A stretch of 64,000 nucleotides of DNA from Candidatus Latescibacterota bacterium (lineage in GTDB: Bacteria > Latescibacterota > UBA2968 > UBA8231), in the NCBI GenBank assembly GCA_965248355.1, contig OZ252098.1:512001-576000 (forward strand). Direction: 5' to 3'. Shown piece after piece: positions 44,936 to 54,769 of this stretch. Position 1 is the first letter of the stretch. Each line of letters opens with the position of its first letter. Both the position numbers and the translations under genes were made by a program. A model generated the notes under the pieces. That model saw nothing but the letters and a program-made list of their open reading frames with translations. It was not told where the DNA came from and did no database searches.

Positions 44936-47767
44936 ATGGGCAAGTCCGGCATCCTGCCTCGCCTCGTCGCCGCCGCCCTGGTCCTGCAGGGGGGGATGGG
45001 AGCGGACGCCCACGTGCGGGGTCCCGGCCTCTTCCTCTACCGGCCGGGCGAGGGCTACACGACCCATGCCAGGGAGGCCTACAAGCACTGGCCGCGCTCC
45101 TACCTCGTGCGGCCCGAGGATCTCGTCTTCGACGAGCTGGGGAACTTCGTCGTCGAGGGGATCGAGGTCTTCCGGCTGCGGGAGTCGCGGACCGTCGATC
45201 CCGAGCCGGGCAGCGTCATCGACAAGAGCCGCTACTTCAAGGACTACCTCAGCCGGCTGTCCGTCGCTTCCGATTCCTACGGGGACTTCCATACCACCCT
45301 CGCCGTGGGCGACCAGATCCGCACGAAGTTCACCTCGCTGACGCTGGACCTGGCGGCCATGAACGGCATCCGCTGGGACATGAGCACGGCCCGGGCGGAC
45401 TTCACCCTCATCAACTCGCGCCTGGACTATCCGATCTTCGACGTCGCCGCCAACGACGACAACAAGCAGCACAACTACAGCGTCTTCGGCACCAAGCCGC
45501 CGTTCTTCGCCACCTACCTGCTGGGCTCCCACCTGCGGACCAACATCGGGGCCCTGAACCTCGGGGCGGTGTGGGTCAACCAGTACCGCATCAACAGCCT
45601 GCTCGGGCGCGGAGAGTGGGACCTGCGCGGGGCGATTCCCGGGAACACGGCCTCCATCGACTACCTGGTGGTCCGGTTCGCCGACGGATCGATCGAGGAC
45701 GGCGGCGGACCCCGCGTGTACGATCTGGAGGTGCACATCAACGGCGAGCTGCGCCCGGACCTCAGGGTCCACCCGGACGCCGCCTCGGCGGCGGGCATCG
45801 ACGACACGGGGCGCATCGTCGTGACCCGCCACCACGTGGAGGACATCGATCCGGCCTTCCCCAACGGCGACAAGCAGTACCCGCGGGAGCTGGGCCGCGG
45901 GATCCCGCCGTACGTGGAGTTCATCAGCGGCCTCCTGCCCGAGGAGTTCCCGGGTGAGAGGGGGTACCTGGAGGCCCACGGCAAGGAGTACCTCCTCTAC
46001 TGGGTGCCCCTGGGCGAGGAGGACGTGAACGACGTGACCTTCAGGGCCAAGGTCGCCAACGACTACCGCATCAGCATGTCCGAGGTCTATGCCAACGTCC
46101 CCTCCCGGGCCCGCAGGGACCGGACCCCGCGCGATCGAAACCGGGCCCTCTACTTCCAGGATGTCTCCCACGCCCGGGGCAGGGTGCAGGACCTGTCCAA
46201 CCTGAAGGTCGTCGAGTTCCGCTACGGCCGGCAGACGGGAAGGATGCTCGCCGGCGTGCACGCCGACCTGGAGGTGGAGGACTTCTCCTTCCGGGCCGAG
46301 TACGACGTGAGCACCGACTTCCGGCGCTACCCCGTGGCCGGCGGCCGGCGCAGCCGCACCCGGGGAGACGCGTTCTTCGCCAACGCCGCCCTGCGGCGGG
46401 GCAAGTGGGAGTTCGGCGGGGAGGTGTTCTCCATGGACCCGGACTACGGCACCTCCCTGCACGTGCAGGACCCGTCGTACCAGAGCTTCGTCACCCTGCC
46501 CTTCCACCCCCTGGACAGCGAGATCGACGGCGGCCTCAAGGGCATCGACGGGTTCAACCAGAGCGCGCTCAATGGTACCCTGGTCTTCGACACGGTGGAG
46601 GACAACGACGACAAGGACCGCTTCGCCGACGCCCACTACATCGAATCGCGGCGCGATCTCGACGGCGTCTTCCCGGGCCTCGATCTCGACCAGGACGGCA
46701 GGCCCGAGACCAACCGGAACAACAACGGCATTCCGGACTACCTCGAGCCCTTCCTGCTCTTCGACGTCAACCCCGAGGAGTACGACTACGGGGACGACCT
46801 GAACAACAACGGGATCATCGACATCCGCGAGGACGACCCCACGGTCGACTATCCGTACGACCCCGACCTCGAGGGCTTCCACCTCTTCGCCGGCCTCAGT
46901 CCATTGCGAGGCGCCTCGCTCACCGTCGGCCGCTACCAGACCCGGCAGATCGCCGCCGGGGGGAGGAATCACGTCCTCTACGGCAAGGCGGTGTACGAAC
47001 GCCGCCTCCCCTTCTGGGGGAAGTTCACCCTCATCGACTTCGCCAAGAGGGTGGAGGACGACATCCGCAACGATGTCTTCCTCTTTCCCCGCAACGCCAC
47101 CTTCGAGCTGCAGGAGGACGTGAGCGGACGCATTACCGGAACGGGTCTCGGCGTGAACCTGATCGAGGATCCCCTGCGCATGCAGGACAGCTTCGTCAAC
47201 ACGGCGTTCGCCGCCCTGGACTTCACCGGGCTCGAGCCGATCGAGATCCACCTCGACTTCAAGCACGACTTGAACCACCAGCTCGGCCGGGACGAAGGGC
47301 GGTCCAACCGCATCATCCGGTCGACCTCCGTGGTCAAGGGGGAGTACGCCCGGCACCTCTCCGGCCGGTTCCGGGGCATCACCATCACCCCCAGGATCAA
47401 GGCGATGTCCCAGAAGCTGACCGACGAGCGCTTCCCGGTCCCGGTGCTCCACGAGTTCTTCCTCTATCCCATCCTGCGGCTCGACTGGAAGCTGACCCCC
47501 CTCACCAGCGTGCGCATGGGCGCCCAGGGATTCCCCTTCCTCCGCAGCCGCTCCCTCGACCTGGTCAATCCGGCGCGGGACTTCGACGGTGAGGACTACG
47601 TGGCCATCCTGGCCAACACCTTCACCTACCAGGGCTACGAGGTGAACTTCAACGTGGGATACCAGGTGCAGAAGAGGAGCTTCGACTCCCCGCTCCGGGC
47701 CCAGTCCAACGTGAACACCTCCATCTTCTTCTTCCGGGCCCTGGTGGGGCTTCGTCCGGTGATCTAG
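44936..47767 (+). CDS. Large exported protein, predicted outer-membrane beta-barrel (paralog 2)
   Basis: Signal MGKSGILPRLVAAALVL. Shares FTSLTL...NGIRWD, VANDY, VEDNDD.D, GVFPGLDLDQDG and DYPY motifs. Confidence 0.6.
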   Translation: MGKSGILPRLVAAALVLQGGMGADAHVRGPGLFLYRPGEGYTTHAREAYKHWPRSYLVRPEDLVFDELGNFVVEGIEVFRLRESRTVDPEPGSVIDKSRYFKDYLSRLSVASDSYGDFHTTLAVGDQIRTKFTSLTLDLAAMNGIRWDMSTARADFTLINSRLDYPIFDVAANDDNKQHNYSVFGTKPPFFATYLLGSHLRTNIGALNLGAVWVNQYRINSLLGRGEWDLRGAIPGNTASIDYLVVRFADGSIEDGGGPRVYDLEVHINGELRPDLRVHPDAASAAGIDDTGRIVVTRHHVEDIDPAFPNGDKQYPRELGRGIPPYVEFISGLLPEEFPGERGYLEAHGKEYLLYWVPLGEEDVNDVTFRAKVANDYRISMSEVYANVPSRARRDRTPRDRNRALYFQDVSHARGRVQDLSNLKVVEFRYGRQTGRMLAGVHADLEVEDFSFRAEYDVSTDFRRYPVAGGRRSRTRGDAFFANAALRRGKWEFGGEVFSMDPDYGTSLHVQDPSYQSFVTLPFHPLDSEIDGGLKGIDGFNQSALNGTLVFDTVEDNDDKDRFADAHYIESRRDLDGVFPGLDLDQDGRPETNRNNNGIPDYLEPFLLFDVNPEEYDYGDDLNNNGIIDIREDDPTVDYPYDPDLEGFHLFAGLSPLRGASLTVGRYQTRQIAAGGRNHVLYGKAVYERRLPFWGKFTLIDFAKRVEDDIRNDVFLFPRNATFELQEDVSGRITGTGLGVNLIEDPLRMQDSFVNTAFAALDFTGLEPIEIHLDFKHDLNHQLGRDEGRSNRIIRSTSVVKGEYARHLSGRFRGITITPRIKAMSQKLTDERFPVPVLHEFFLYPILRLDWKLTPLTSVRMGAQGFPFLRSRSLDLVNPARDFDGEDYVAILANTFTYQGYEVNFNVGYQVQKRSFDSPLRAQSNVNTSIFFFRALVGLRPVI

Positions 47768-50700
47768 TGGCGCTCGTCACCATCAGCTGCCTGGCGGCCC
47801 TGGCCGCCCTCGGCTCCCTCGGCCCCGCGCCCGCCGGCGCCCAGGAGACGGAGAGCTGGGGTCCGCGCACGGGCATCGAGATCCCCGAGGTGCCGCGCAT
47901 CCAGGCCGACCGGATGTTCCTCAGGCGGCCGTCGGAGCCCTACAGGAACTACGCCCACCGGGAGAGGATGTACACCAACTACCCCACGATCCTCTCGCCG
48001 TACCGGGATCCCAAGCGGTTCTTCTACGGCCCCCTGGGCAACCGTCTGGCCTACGGGATCCCCGGCTACGACTGGGTGGAGACCAGGGGCCTGGGCCCTC
48101 AGAGCCGGGGCGGCTCCTCCCTGGCGATCACCGGGAACCTCTACCACTATCCCGGCCGCGAGCAGACCACCTACCGGCGCTACTTCGAGGACGTGCTGAC
48201 CGTCTCGGAGCAGACCGACTCCTGGTCGGGGAGCCTGACCATCGCCCAGGAGATGAGGGGTCGCTTCACGCCCCTGACCCTGAAGGTCAACGCCTTCCCG
48301 GGGTTCCGCCTCGACTGGGGCACCGAGCACAGCGACCTGTCGGCCCTGTTCATGACCTGGAGCACGGTGCGCATGGGCGCCCTGCACATGCAGCGCCGGG
48401 TGGGCCTGCTGGACTTCGGGCTGACCTACGTCAACGCCCACGAGAGCTACAGCGACAGCTACGGGCACGCCTTCTCCCGCAAGGGCGTGCTGCGCCACAA
48501 CCAGCCCTACCCGGAGATCATCGCCGTCAAGTTCTCCGACGATTCGCCGGAGGACGACCGGGGCGGACCCCACATCGTGGAGCTGAACATCTACGTGAAC
48601 GGGGTCCTCCGGAAGGACATCGTCCCCGACGTGATCGAGCAGATCGACGGCGTCAGGCGGTCCTCGGTGGGCAAGCTCAGCACCCAGGGGCTGGTGCGCA
48701 ACGCCTACGCCGAGCTGTCGGCGGCCTTCACCTCCTCCGTGCCCACCGGGACCACCTACATGCGCTATCGCCACGACGAGGCGCCCCTGTACATGGACTA
48801 CCTGTTCTTCCGGGACCTCAGGCTGCACGATCCCGTCGACCCCGAGCGCGAGTTCACGACCTATGTCTGGCGCGGGGTGGAGTTCCCCGTGGAGGAGCCC
48901 TGGCAGCTGGCCGTCAACCTGCAGCCGGATGCGTCCACGGACCGCAGCTACTACAAGGACAACGCCGACGAGATCCTGGCCGAGCGGTTCACCGAGGAAG
49001 AGGTCCTCGGCATCCTCATCCGCAACAATTCCCTGAACAACATCTTCAGGCCTCTGGACCAGTCGTTCCGGTGGCGCAGTGACGAGACGGGCCCGATCGA
49101 GGTCTCCGGAGACGACTTCGTCGTCTACTACTTCAACCTGGCGGGGCAGGGCTTCGTCCAGTCCGTCTCCTTCGACGCCCTCGTGGCCAACGACTACAAG
49201 GTCGAGGTGGGCACCGTGGCCCGGAAGAGAAAGTTCGATCTCGACGATCCGAGGGCGCCCATCGACGTCCCCTACACGGGGCGCTACGGCCAGCCCACGC
49301 TCTATCGCACCGTCAGGCGCGCCCCGGGCAACGTCCAGGACATGTCCAACCTCAAGCGCATCACCTTTCACATCGGCTCGGAGACGGGGATGGAGATCTT
49401 CGGCGCCGACTTCAGCACCAACATCCTCGGCCTGAAGATCGACGGGGAGTACGCCCGGAGCCTGCACCACTTCCAGTACCCCGACGGCGTCGTCGGCCCC
49501 GATCCAACCACCCCCGTGCGCGCCGGCAAGCGCTTCGGCACGAAGGGCGAGGCGTACTACCTCGTGGTGCGCAGGGAACACGAGCGCTTCGACTGGGGCG
49601 CCGAGTACTTCCACATGGGGCCGAACTACAACACGGAGCTGCTCATGCTGGGCACGCCGGCCGTGCCCCACTTCAACAGCACCCTGCGGCTGATGATGGT
49701 GGACGACAACGACGACGACGACCGCTTCCCCGACTCCTGGTTCCAGCAGTACATCTCCGGCTTCGTCAACGAGGGGGTGGACGCCGACGGCGTCTTCCCC
49801 GGCAAGGATCTCGACGGCGACGGCCGGCCGGACACCAACAGGAACGGCAACCGCCTGCCCGACTATCTCGAGCCTTTCCTGATGTACGACGTGGAATCGG
49901 ACGACTACGTCTACGATCTCGACATGAACAACAACGACCGTCCCGACAGCCGCGAGGACGACCCCGAGCCCGACTACCCCTACGCCGAGGACCTGGAGGG
50001 CTACCACGCCATCGGCACCTACCGGCTGACGAAGAACCTGGCCCTTTCCCTGGGGCGCCTCGACGCCCGGCAGGTGCACGGCGGCGGCGAGAATCTGATG
50101 AACTACGGGCGCCTGAGCTGGACCGCGAGGCAGCCGCGGCTCGGACAGCTCCACGTGGAGAACACCCTCAAGCGCGTCTGGGACTCGGTTCCCGACCGCG
50201 TGCTCGTCTCCTCCGACTTCTCCAGGGGGCCCTTCGGCAAGGTGCACCTCGCCGGCTTCGGGTACCAGCAGCAGTGGGACCTGAACCTGATCGAGGACGA
50301 TCTGAGGTACCGCAACAGTTGGGCGAACCGGTTCTTCGTCCGTGCGGACCTGAGCCCGCTCCGGGGCCTGAGGATGCACCACAACCTCCGCTACGAGCTC
50401 AACCGCCAGCAGCGGGGGTTCCTGGACGACGGCACCCATCAGAGGAGCAACGAGATCCGCGCCCTGAGCTCGGTCCACCGCGTGGACTACACCTGGCGCC
50501 GGTTCAGGAACAGGCTGGAGATCGGGCCGGCCATGAAGCTGCTCTTCCTCAAGCGCACCCAGGAGACGGTCGACGTGCCCCTGGCGGACGAGACCACGGT
50601 CATCCCCATCTTCAAGGCCAGCTACCACGCGACGCCCAGGACCACCTTCCGGGCCGGCGTCCAGGGACTGCCCTTCTGGCAGTACCGCCTGAAGGACAAC

Positions 50701-50901
50701 GGCAACGACTGGAACAGCTTCGAGCAGAACGTCTACGTTCTGATGATGACCAACCGCTCCGACTACTTCGGCTACGAGATCGTGACCAACGCCGGCATGA
50801 CCTTCGACCGGCGGACCTACGACGACCCCTTCCGCGGGGCGGACAACACCGACATCATGGCCACCTTCGTGCAGATCGTGGCAGGAGCACCCCAGCTTTG
50901 A
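47767..50901 (+). CDS. Large exported protein, predicted outer-membrane beta-barrel (paralog 3)
   Basis: GTG start overlaps the upstream TAG. Signal peptide. FTPLTL, FSDDS.....GP, VANDY, VDDNDDDD.FPD, GVFPGKDLDGDG and PDYPY motifs. Confidence 0.6.
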   Translation: MALVTISCLAALAALGSLGPAPAGAQETESWGPRTGIEIPEVPRIQADRMFLRRPSEPYRNYAHRERMYTNYPTILSPYRDPKRFFYGPLGNRLAYGIPGYDWVETRGLGPQSRGGSSLAITGNLYHYPGREQTTYRRYFEDVLTVSEQTDSWSGSLTIAQEMRGRFTPLTLKVNAFPGFRLDWGTEHSDLSALFMTWSTVRMGALHMQRRVGLLDFGLTYVNAHESYSDSYGHAFSRKGVLRHNQPYPEIIAVKFSDDSPEDDRGGPHIVELNIYVNGVLRKDIVPDVIEQIDGVRRSSVGKLSTQGLVRNAYAELSAAFTSSVPTGTTYMRYRHDEAPLYMDYLFFRDLRLHDPVDPEREFTTYVWRGVEFPVEEPWQLAVNLQPDASTDRSYYKDNADEILAERFTEEEVLGILIRNNSLNNIFRPLDQSFRWRSDETGPIEVSGDDFVVYYFNLAGQGFVQSVSFDALVANDYKVEVGTVARKRKFDLDDPRAPIDVPYTGRYGQPTLYRTVRRAPGNVQDMSNLKRITFHIGSETGMEIFGADFSTNILGLKIDGEYARSLHHFQYPDGVVGPDPTTPVRAGKRFGTKGEAYYLVVRREHERFDWGAEYFHMGPNYNTELLMLGTPAVPHFNSTLRLMMVDDNDDDDRFPDSWFQQYISGFVNEGVDADGVFPGKDLDGDGRPDTNRNGNRLPDYLEPFLMYDVESDDYVYDLDMNNNDRPDSREDDPEPDYPYAEDLEGYHAIGTYRLTKNLALSLGRLDARQVHGGGENLMNYGRLSWTARQPRLGQLHVENTLKRVWDSVPDRVLVSSDFSRGPFGKVHLAGFGYQQQWDLNLIEDDLRYRNSWANRFFVRADLSPLRGLRMHHNLRYELNRQQRGFLDDGTHQRSNEIRALSSVHRVDYTWRRFRNRLEIGPAMKLLFLKRTQETVDVPLADETTVIPIFKASYHATPRTTFRAGVQGLPFWQYRLKDNGNDWNSFEQNVYVLMMTNRSDYFGYEIVTNAGMTFDRRTYDDPFRGADNTDIMATFVQIVAGAPQL

Positions 50902-50947
50902 GCTTGCCTCACCCCCGCAACCCGATTCACCACGAGGTCGGACCGCA

Positions 50948-51490
50948 ATGAGGAACCTCATCCTGACGCTCGCCCTCTCCGGGATCCTCCTGCCGTGCCG
51001 CGCCCACGGCGAGGAGGACATCTTCGCCGCCCGGAAGACCGCCACCCGGAAGGAAGCCCTGATCCTGTCGGCCCTCTTCCCGGGGCTGGGGCAGCTCTCC
51101 ACCGGGCGCAAGGTGACGGGAACGATCCTGCTGGTCGCCGAGATCGGCTCCCTGGCCACGGCCCTGACGGCCAACGAGAACTACAACACCCGTCTCGACA
51201 ACTTCGAGCGGTTGAAGTCGGAGTACGAGCAGATGGCGGCGGGCAACAGCCGGCACGACCTGGCCGAGCAGCGCTGGCAGGAGCTGAGCGCCGAGGCCGA
51301 CGACCTGGACGGCCTGCACAACATCCGCCGCGCCTACACGGCCGCCGCCGTGGGCATCTATGTCTACAACCTGGTCGACATCCTTCTCCTCAACCCGCCC
51401 GAGGCCGGATCGGCCCAGGCCTGGAGCCTGCGCGCCGTGCCGGGTCTGGGGGAGGGTCCCGCCCGGTTGATGGTGACGGGAAGCTTCTGA
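50948..51490 (+). CDS. DUF5683-like exported/membrane protein
   Basis: A..LSALFPGLGQ motif, coiled-coil, and Y.YNLVD. Confidence 0.6.
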   Translation: MRNLILTLALSGILLPCRAHGEEDIFAARKTATRKEALILSALFPGLGQLSTGRKVTGTILLVAEIGSLATALTANENYNTRLDNFERLKSEYEQMAAGNSRHDLAEQRWQELSAEADDLDGLHNIRRAYTAAAVGIYVYNLVDILLLNPPEAGSAQAWSLRAVPGLGEGPARLMVTGSF

Positions 51491-51509
51491 AACCTCTCGG
51501 AGGTAGAGC

Positions 51510-51887
51510 ATGAGCAAGGCTCTCTGGCCGTTGCCGGCCATCCTGATCCTCTACATCTCGGCGTGCAGCGAGGAGCACAGCCTGCCCTCCAAGTTCCACG
51601 AGGGCCGGGTGGAGACGCCCTCGGAGCTGGAGGCGAGGTTCGAAGGGGACCAGGTCGTCCTGGAGTGGAGCGTCGCGGCGCCCGAGGAGGTCCTCTACTA
51701 CATCGTCACCCTCTCGGAGGGCACCACCGGGGCCGAGCGGCAGTACACCGCTCCCGGAGACAGCACGACCTGGGCGCTGGTGGAGTTCGCCTGGACCGAC
51801 TCCTTCTACATCTTCCAGGTGCAGGCGGTGGATCATACCGATTTCGTGGGCGAGGGCTCCAACGTGGACACGCTCTTCGTCCCATGA
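51510..51887 (+). CDS. Fibronectin type III-like lipoprotein
   Basis: Lipobox ISAC. P..L.A......V.LEW...YYIV...Y.FQVQAVD....G..S pattern. Confidence 0.7.
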   Translation: MSKALWPLPAILILYISACSEEHSLPSKFHEGRVETPSELEARFEGDQVVLEWSVAAPEEVLYYIVTLSEGTTGAERQYTAPGDSTTWALVEFAWTDSFYIFQVQAVDHTDFVGEGSNVDTLFVP

Positions 51888-51905
51888 TGCCGAGGCTGGA
51901 GGGTA

Positions 51906-53162
51906 TTGCAGATGCCTGATCCGACTCGCGGCCGCTTCGGAGCCCCCTCCGACGCCCTGAACATCCGGCGGCTCCACCGGGAGAACCGCAAGGTCGCCTG
52001 GGTGGCCTACGCCGTGGCCGCCACCATGGCCGCCTCGGTCTTCGGCTATTTCGCCGCCGCCAAGCGGGAGAAGCCGGCGCCCAAGCCGCTGGCCATGGAG
52101 TTCATCATCCGCAAGCCGCTGGCCAGGAAGTCCTTCCGCATGAGGAAGGCCCAGATCGAGAAGCGCGTCATGACCAGGCGGCTGGTCACCTCCAAGCCGA
52201 AGCTCGCCCACACCCCTCCGAGGGAGATCCGCCGCGCCGACGCCCTGGGCAACGTGGCCGTCTTCGCGCACCAGATCGACGCGGGGACGAGCGTGGGCAC
52301 CGGCACCGTCACCCCCGAGATCGCCTCGGTCGAGATCCGCAGCTCGAAGGATCCCGAGAAGCGCATCAGCATGCAGGAGGAGTTCCTGGATCTCAACGCC
52401 CTCGACACGGGCAAGTACCGGGGCATGGTGATCCAGGACCCCACGGACCGCAGGAACATCCGCGGCTTCGTCTACCTCGCCCTGGCCTGGGGCAACGACC
52501 TGCAACCCGACGCGCCGCGCTCGGTCTCCCGGCTCGCCGACGGCATCAACGCCTACACGGGCATCCAGGCCAAGGTGGCCGACCACATGTTCCTCGACTC
52601 CCCCGAGCTGTTCAAGACCCCCTTCGTCTACATCACCGACAAGGACGGCTTCGAGCTGACCGGCAAGGAGGTGGAGAGCCTCGGGCGGTACATGCGCAGC
52701 GGCGGCTTCGTCTTCGCCGACAACGACCGCCCCGATCTCAACTTCGGCCCGGCGGAAGCCTCGCTGCGGGCCATGTTCGGCCAGGCTCTCGGCCGGCACG
52801 GCAAGCTCGAGAGGATCCCCAACAGCCATCCCATCTACAACAGCTTCTTCGACCTCGACGGCCCGCCGGTGGGGGGCGAGTACCTCAGCGTCAGGGGCAA
52901 TCCCGACATCTTCTACCTCAACTCGGCCGAGGCGACCGACGTCTACTACCAGCCGGACGAGGTGCAGTTCCTCGAGGGGGTCTTCATCGAGGGGCGCCTC
53001 GTGGCGGTCTACTCCGACATGGGGTACGGGAGCATCTGGCAGGACGAGTTCGAGAACGAGCCCCAGCTGAGGATGGGCGTGAACCTCGTGGTCTTCGCCC
53101 TCACCCAGGAAGGCTCCATCGCGCAGCAGCAGATCGACTTCTACACGCAGCTCACGGATTAG
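51906..53162 (+). CDS. DUF4159 domain protein with N-terminal TM anchor and Pro/Lys-rich linker
   Basis: TM segment VAWVAYAVAATMAASVFGYF, linker KREKPAPKP...KPKLAHTPP, then DUF4159 motifs. Start may be 51912. Confidence 0.75.
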   Translation: MQMPDPTRGRFGAPSDALNIRRLHRENRKVAWVAYAVAATMAASVFGYFAAAKREKPAPKPLAMEFIIRKPLARKSFRMRKAQIEKRVMTRRLVTSKPKLAHTPPREIRRADALGNVAVFAHQIDAGTSVGTGTVTPEIASVEIRSSKDPEKRISMQEEFLDLNALDTGKYRGMVIQDPTDRRNIRGFVYLALAWGNDLQPDAPRSVSRLADGINAYTGIQAKVADHMFLDSPELFKTPFVYITDKDGFELTGKEVESLGRYMRSGGFVFADNDRPDLNFGPAEASLRAMFGQALGRHGKLERIPNSHPIYNSFFDLDGPPVGGEYLSVRGNPDIFYLNSAEATDVYYQPDEVQFLEGVFIEGRLVAVYSDMGYGSIWQDEFENEPQLRMGVNLVVFALTQEGSIAQQQIDFYTQLTD

Positions 53163-53189
53163 GCGGGAGCAAGGCAAGGAGCAGTCGAG

Positions 53190-53918
53190 ATGTGGGAGAT
53201 CGTAAAGAGCGGCGGCCCCTTGATGGTGCCCCTGACCATCTGCGCCATCCTGGCCGTCGCCTACACCATCGAGAGGCTCTGGATCCTCAACCACATCCCG
53301 GTTCCCGACCGCGCCAAGGAGGAGCTGGACCGGCTCGAGGCCTCCCTCCTCAACGGCGGCCGGGAGGCGGTGGTGGAGGAGTGCAACCAGGGCAAGGGCG
53401 TGCTCAACTTCATCTTCTCCTCCCTGCTGAAGCGCCACGACACCCTGCTCATCGAGCAGCGGGAGTTCCAGGAGACGAACCAGGAGATCGTGCGTCTGGC
53501 CGACTCGGCGGGGGGAGGAGAGGTGGGCCGCTTCATGGTCATGCAGAGAGAGCAGACCGACATGAAGGGGGAACTCGTGATCGAGACGGAGGGGGCGGCG
53601 CGCACCTACCTGGCCAGGAACCTCCCCACCCTGTACACCATCGGCAACATCAGCCCCCTCCTGGGCCTGCTCGGCACGATCATGGGCATGATCATCGCCT
53701 TCGAGTCGATCGCCGTGGCCGGCGCCGGAGACCCCAGGGTGGTGGCCGGCGGCATCTCCCAGGCCCTGGTGACGACGGCCACGGGGCTGATCATCGCCAT
53801 CCCGACGATCGTCGCCTACCGCTACCTGTCGCGCCGCGCCGACCGGGCCCTGGAGCGGGTCGAGGTCTACGGCCACGCCTTCGCCAACACCCTCCTCCTC
53901 TCCCGGCTGCCGGCCTAG
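53190..53918 (+). CDS. exbB: MotA/TolQ/ExbB proton channel protein
   Basis: GG.LM.PL...IER, SPLLGLLGTIMGMI.AF and GGISQALVTTATGLIIAIP motifs. AAGGAG RBS. Confidence 0.92.
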   Translation: MWEIVKSGGPLMVPLTICAILAVAYTIERLWILNHIPVPDRAKEELDRLEASLLNGGREAVVEECNQGKGVLNFIFSSLLKRHDTLLIEQREFQETNQEIVRLADSAGGGEVGRFMVMQREQTDMKGELVIETEGAARTYLARNLPTLYTIGNISPLLGLLGTIMGMIIAFESIAVAGAGDPRVVAGGISQALVTTATGLIIAIPTIVAYRYLSRRADRALERVEVYGHAFANTLLLSRLPA

Positions 53919-53935
53919 GCCTCCAGGAGCACGGC

Positions 53936-54352
53936 ATGGCCAGACACCGAGTTGAGCACATCCGCAGCGTCGCCGAGGAGGGGGAGCCCGATCTGACGCC
54001 GATGATCGACTGCGTCTTCCTGCTGTTGATCTTCTTCATGGTCACCACCGTCTTCCTGCACACCAAGGGGCTGGACGTGGACCTGCCGGCGCCGAGCGAG
54101 GCGGAGGAGGAGCAGAAGAAGGATATCAACGTGGTGCTGAGCGAAGAGGGGGAGATCGAGATCGGGGGGGAGCCCGTGGCGGCCTCCGACCTCGGCACCG
54201 GCCTGACCACCGCCATGGAAGAGGCCAACAACGAGAACATCATCGTCCAGGCCCACGAGGAGTGCGCCCAGAAGCACGTGGTCTACGTGGTGGACACGGC
54301 CAAGGGGGTAGGGGTGAAGGGGATCGCCCTCGTGCGGGTCCAGGAGGAGTAG
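53936..54352 (+). CDS. exbD: Biopolymer transport protein ExbD/TolR
   Basis: LTPMIDCVFLLLIFFMV, VDLP and VV.VVD.AK..G motifs. AGGAG RBS. Confidence 0.9.
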   Translation: MARHRVEHIRSVAEEGEPDLTPMIDCVFLLLIFFMVTTVFLHTKGLDVDLPAPSEAEEEQKKDINVVLSEEGEIEIGGEPVAASDLGTGLTTAMEEANNENIIVQAHEECAQKHVVYVVDTAKGVGVKGIALVRVQEE

Positions 54353-54354
54353 GT

Positions 54355-54765
54355 ATGGCCAGGCAGCAGAGTACCGAGCGGGAGCCGGACTTCAACCTGA
54401 CGCCGATGATCGACTGCGTCTTCCTGCTGTTGATCTTCTTCATGGTCACCACCGTCTTCAAGCAGCCTTACAGCCTGCAGCTGGAGCTGCCCGAGGCCCA
54501 GCAGGCGCACCGGGTGCAGGAGAAGAAGCTGGTGAGCTCGATCACCGCCGACGGGCGCATGGAGATCAACCGCGAGCTGGTCAGCGCCGCCGACCTGGAG
54601 CAGGTGCTTCTCCGGCACAAGCAGGGGACGAGGAGCCTGACCCTGATCGTGCGCACCGACAAGGAGACCAAGCACAAGTTCCTCCTCGATCTGATCGAGG
54701 TGGCCAAGCGCCTGCGGATCGAGAAGGTGGTGCTGGCCACCGAAGACGAGAAGGTCGAGCTCTGA
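54355..54765 (+). CDS. exbD: Biopolymer transport protein ExbD/TolR
   Basis: NLTPMIDCVFLLLIFFMV, LELPEA and IVRTDK motifs. Confidence 0.9.
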   Translation: MARQQSTEREPDFNLTPMIDCVFLLLIFFMVTTVFKQPYSLQLELPEAQQAHRVQEKKLVSSITADGRMEINRELVSAADLEQVLLRHKQGTRSLTLIVRTDKETKHKFLLDLIEVAKRLRIEKVVLATEDEKVEL

Positions 54766-54769
54766 TTCC

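Noticed and set aside
53190-54765. Calling the motor genes a canonical Tol-Pal or TonB uptake locus
   Set aside because: No tolA/tolB/pal, tonB or plug-plus-barrel TonB-dependent receptor signature was recognised nearby.
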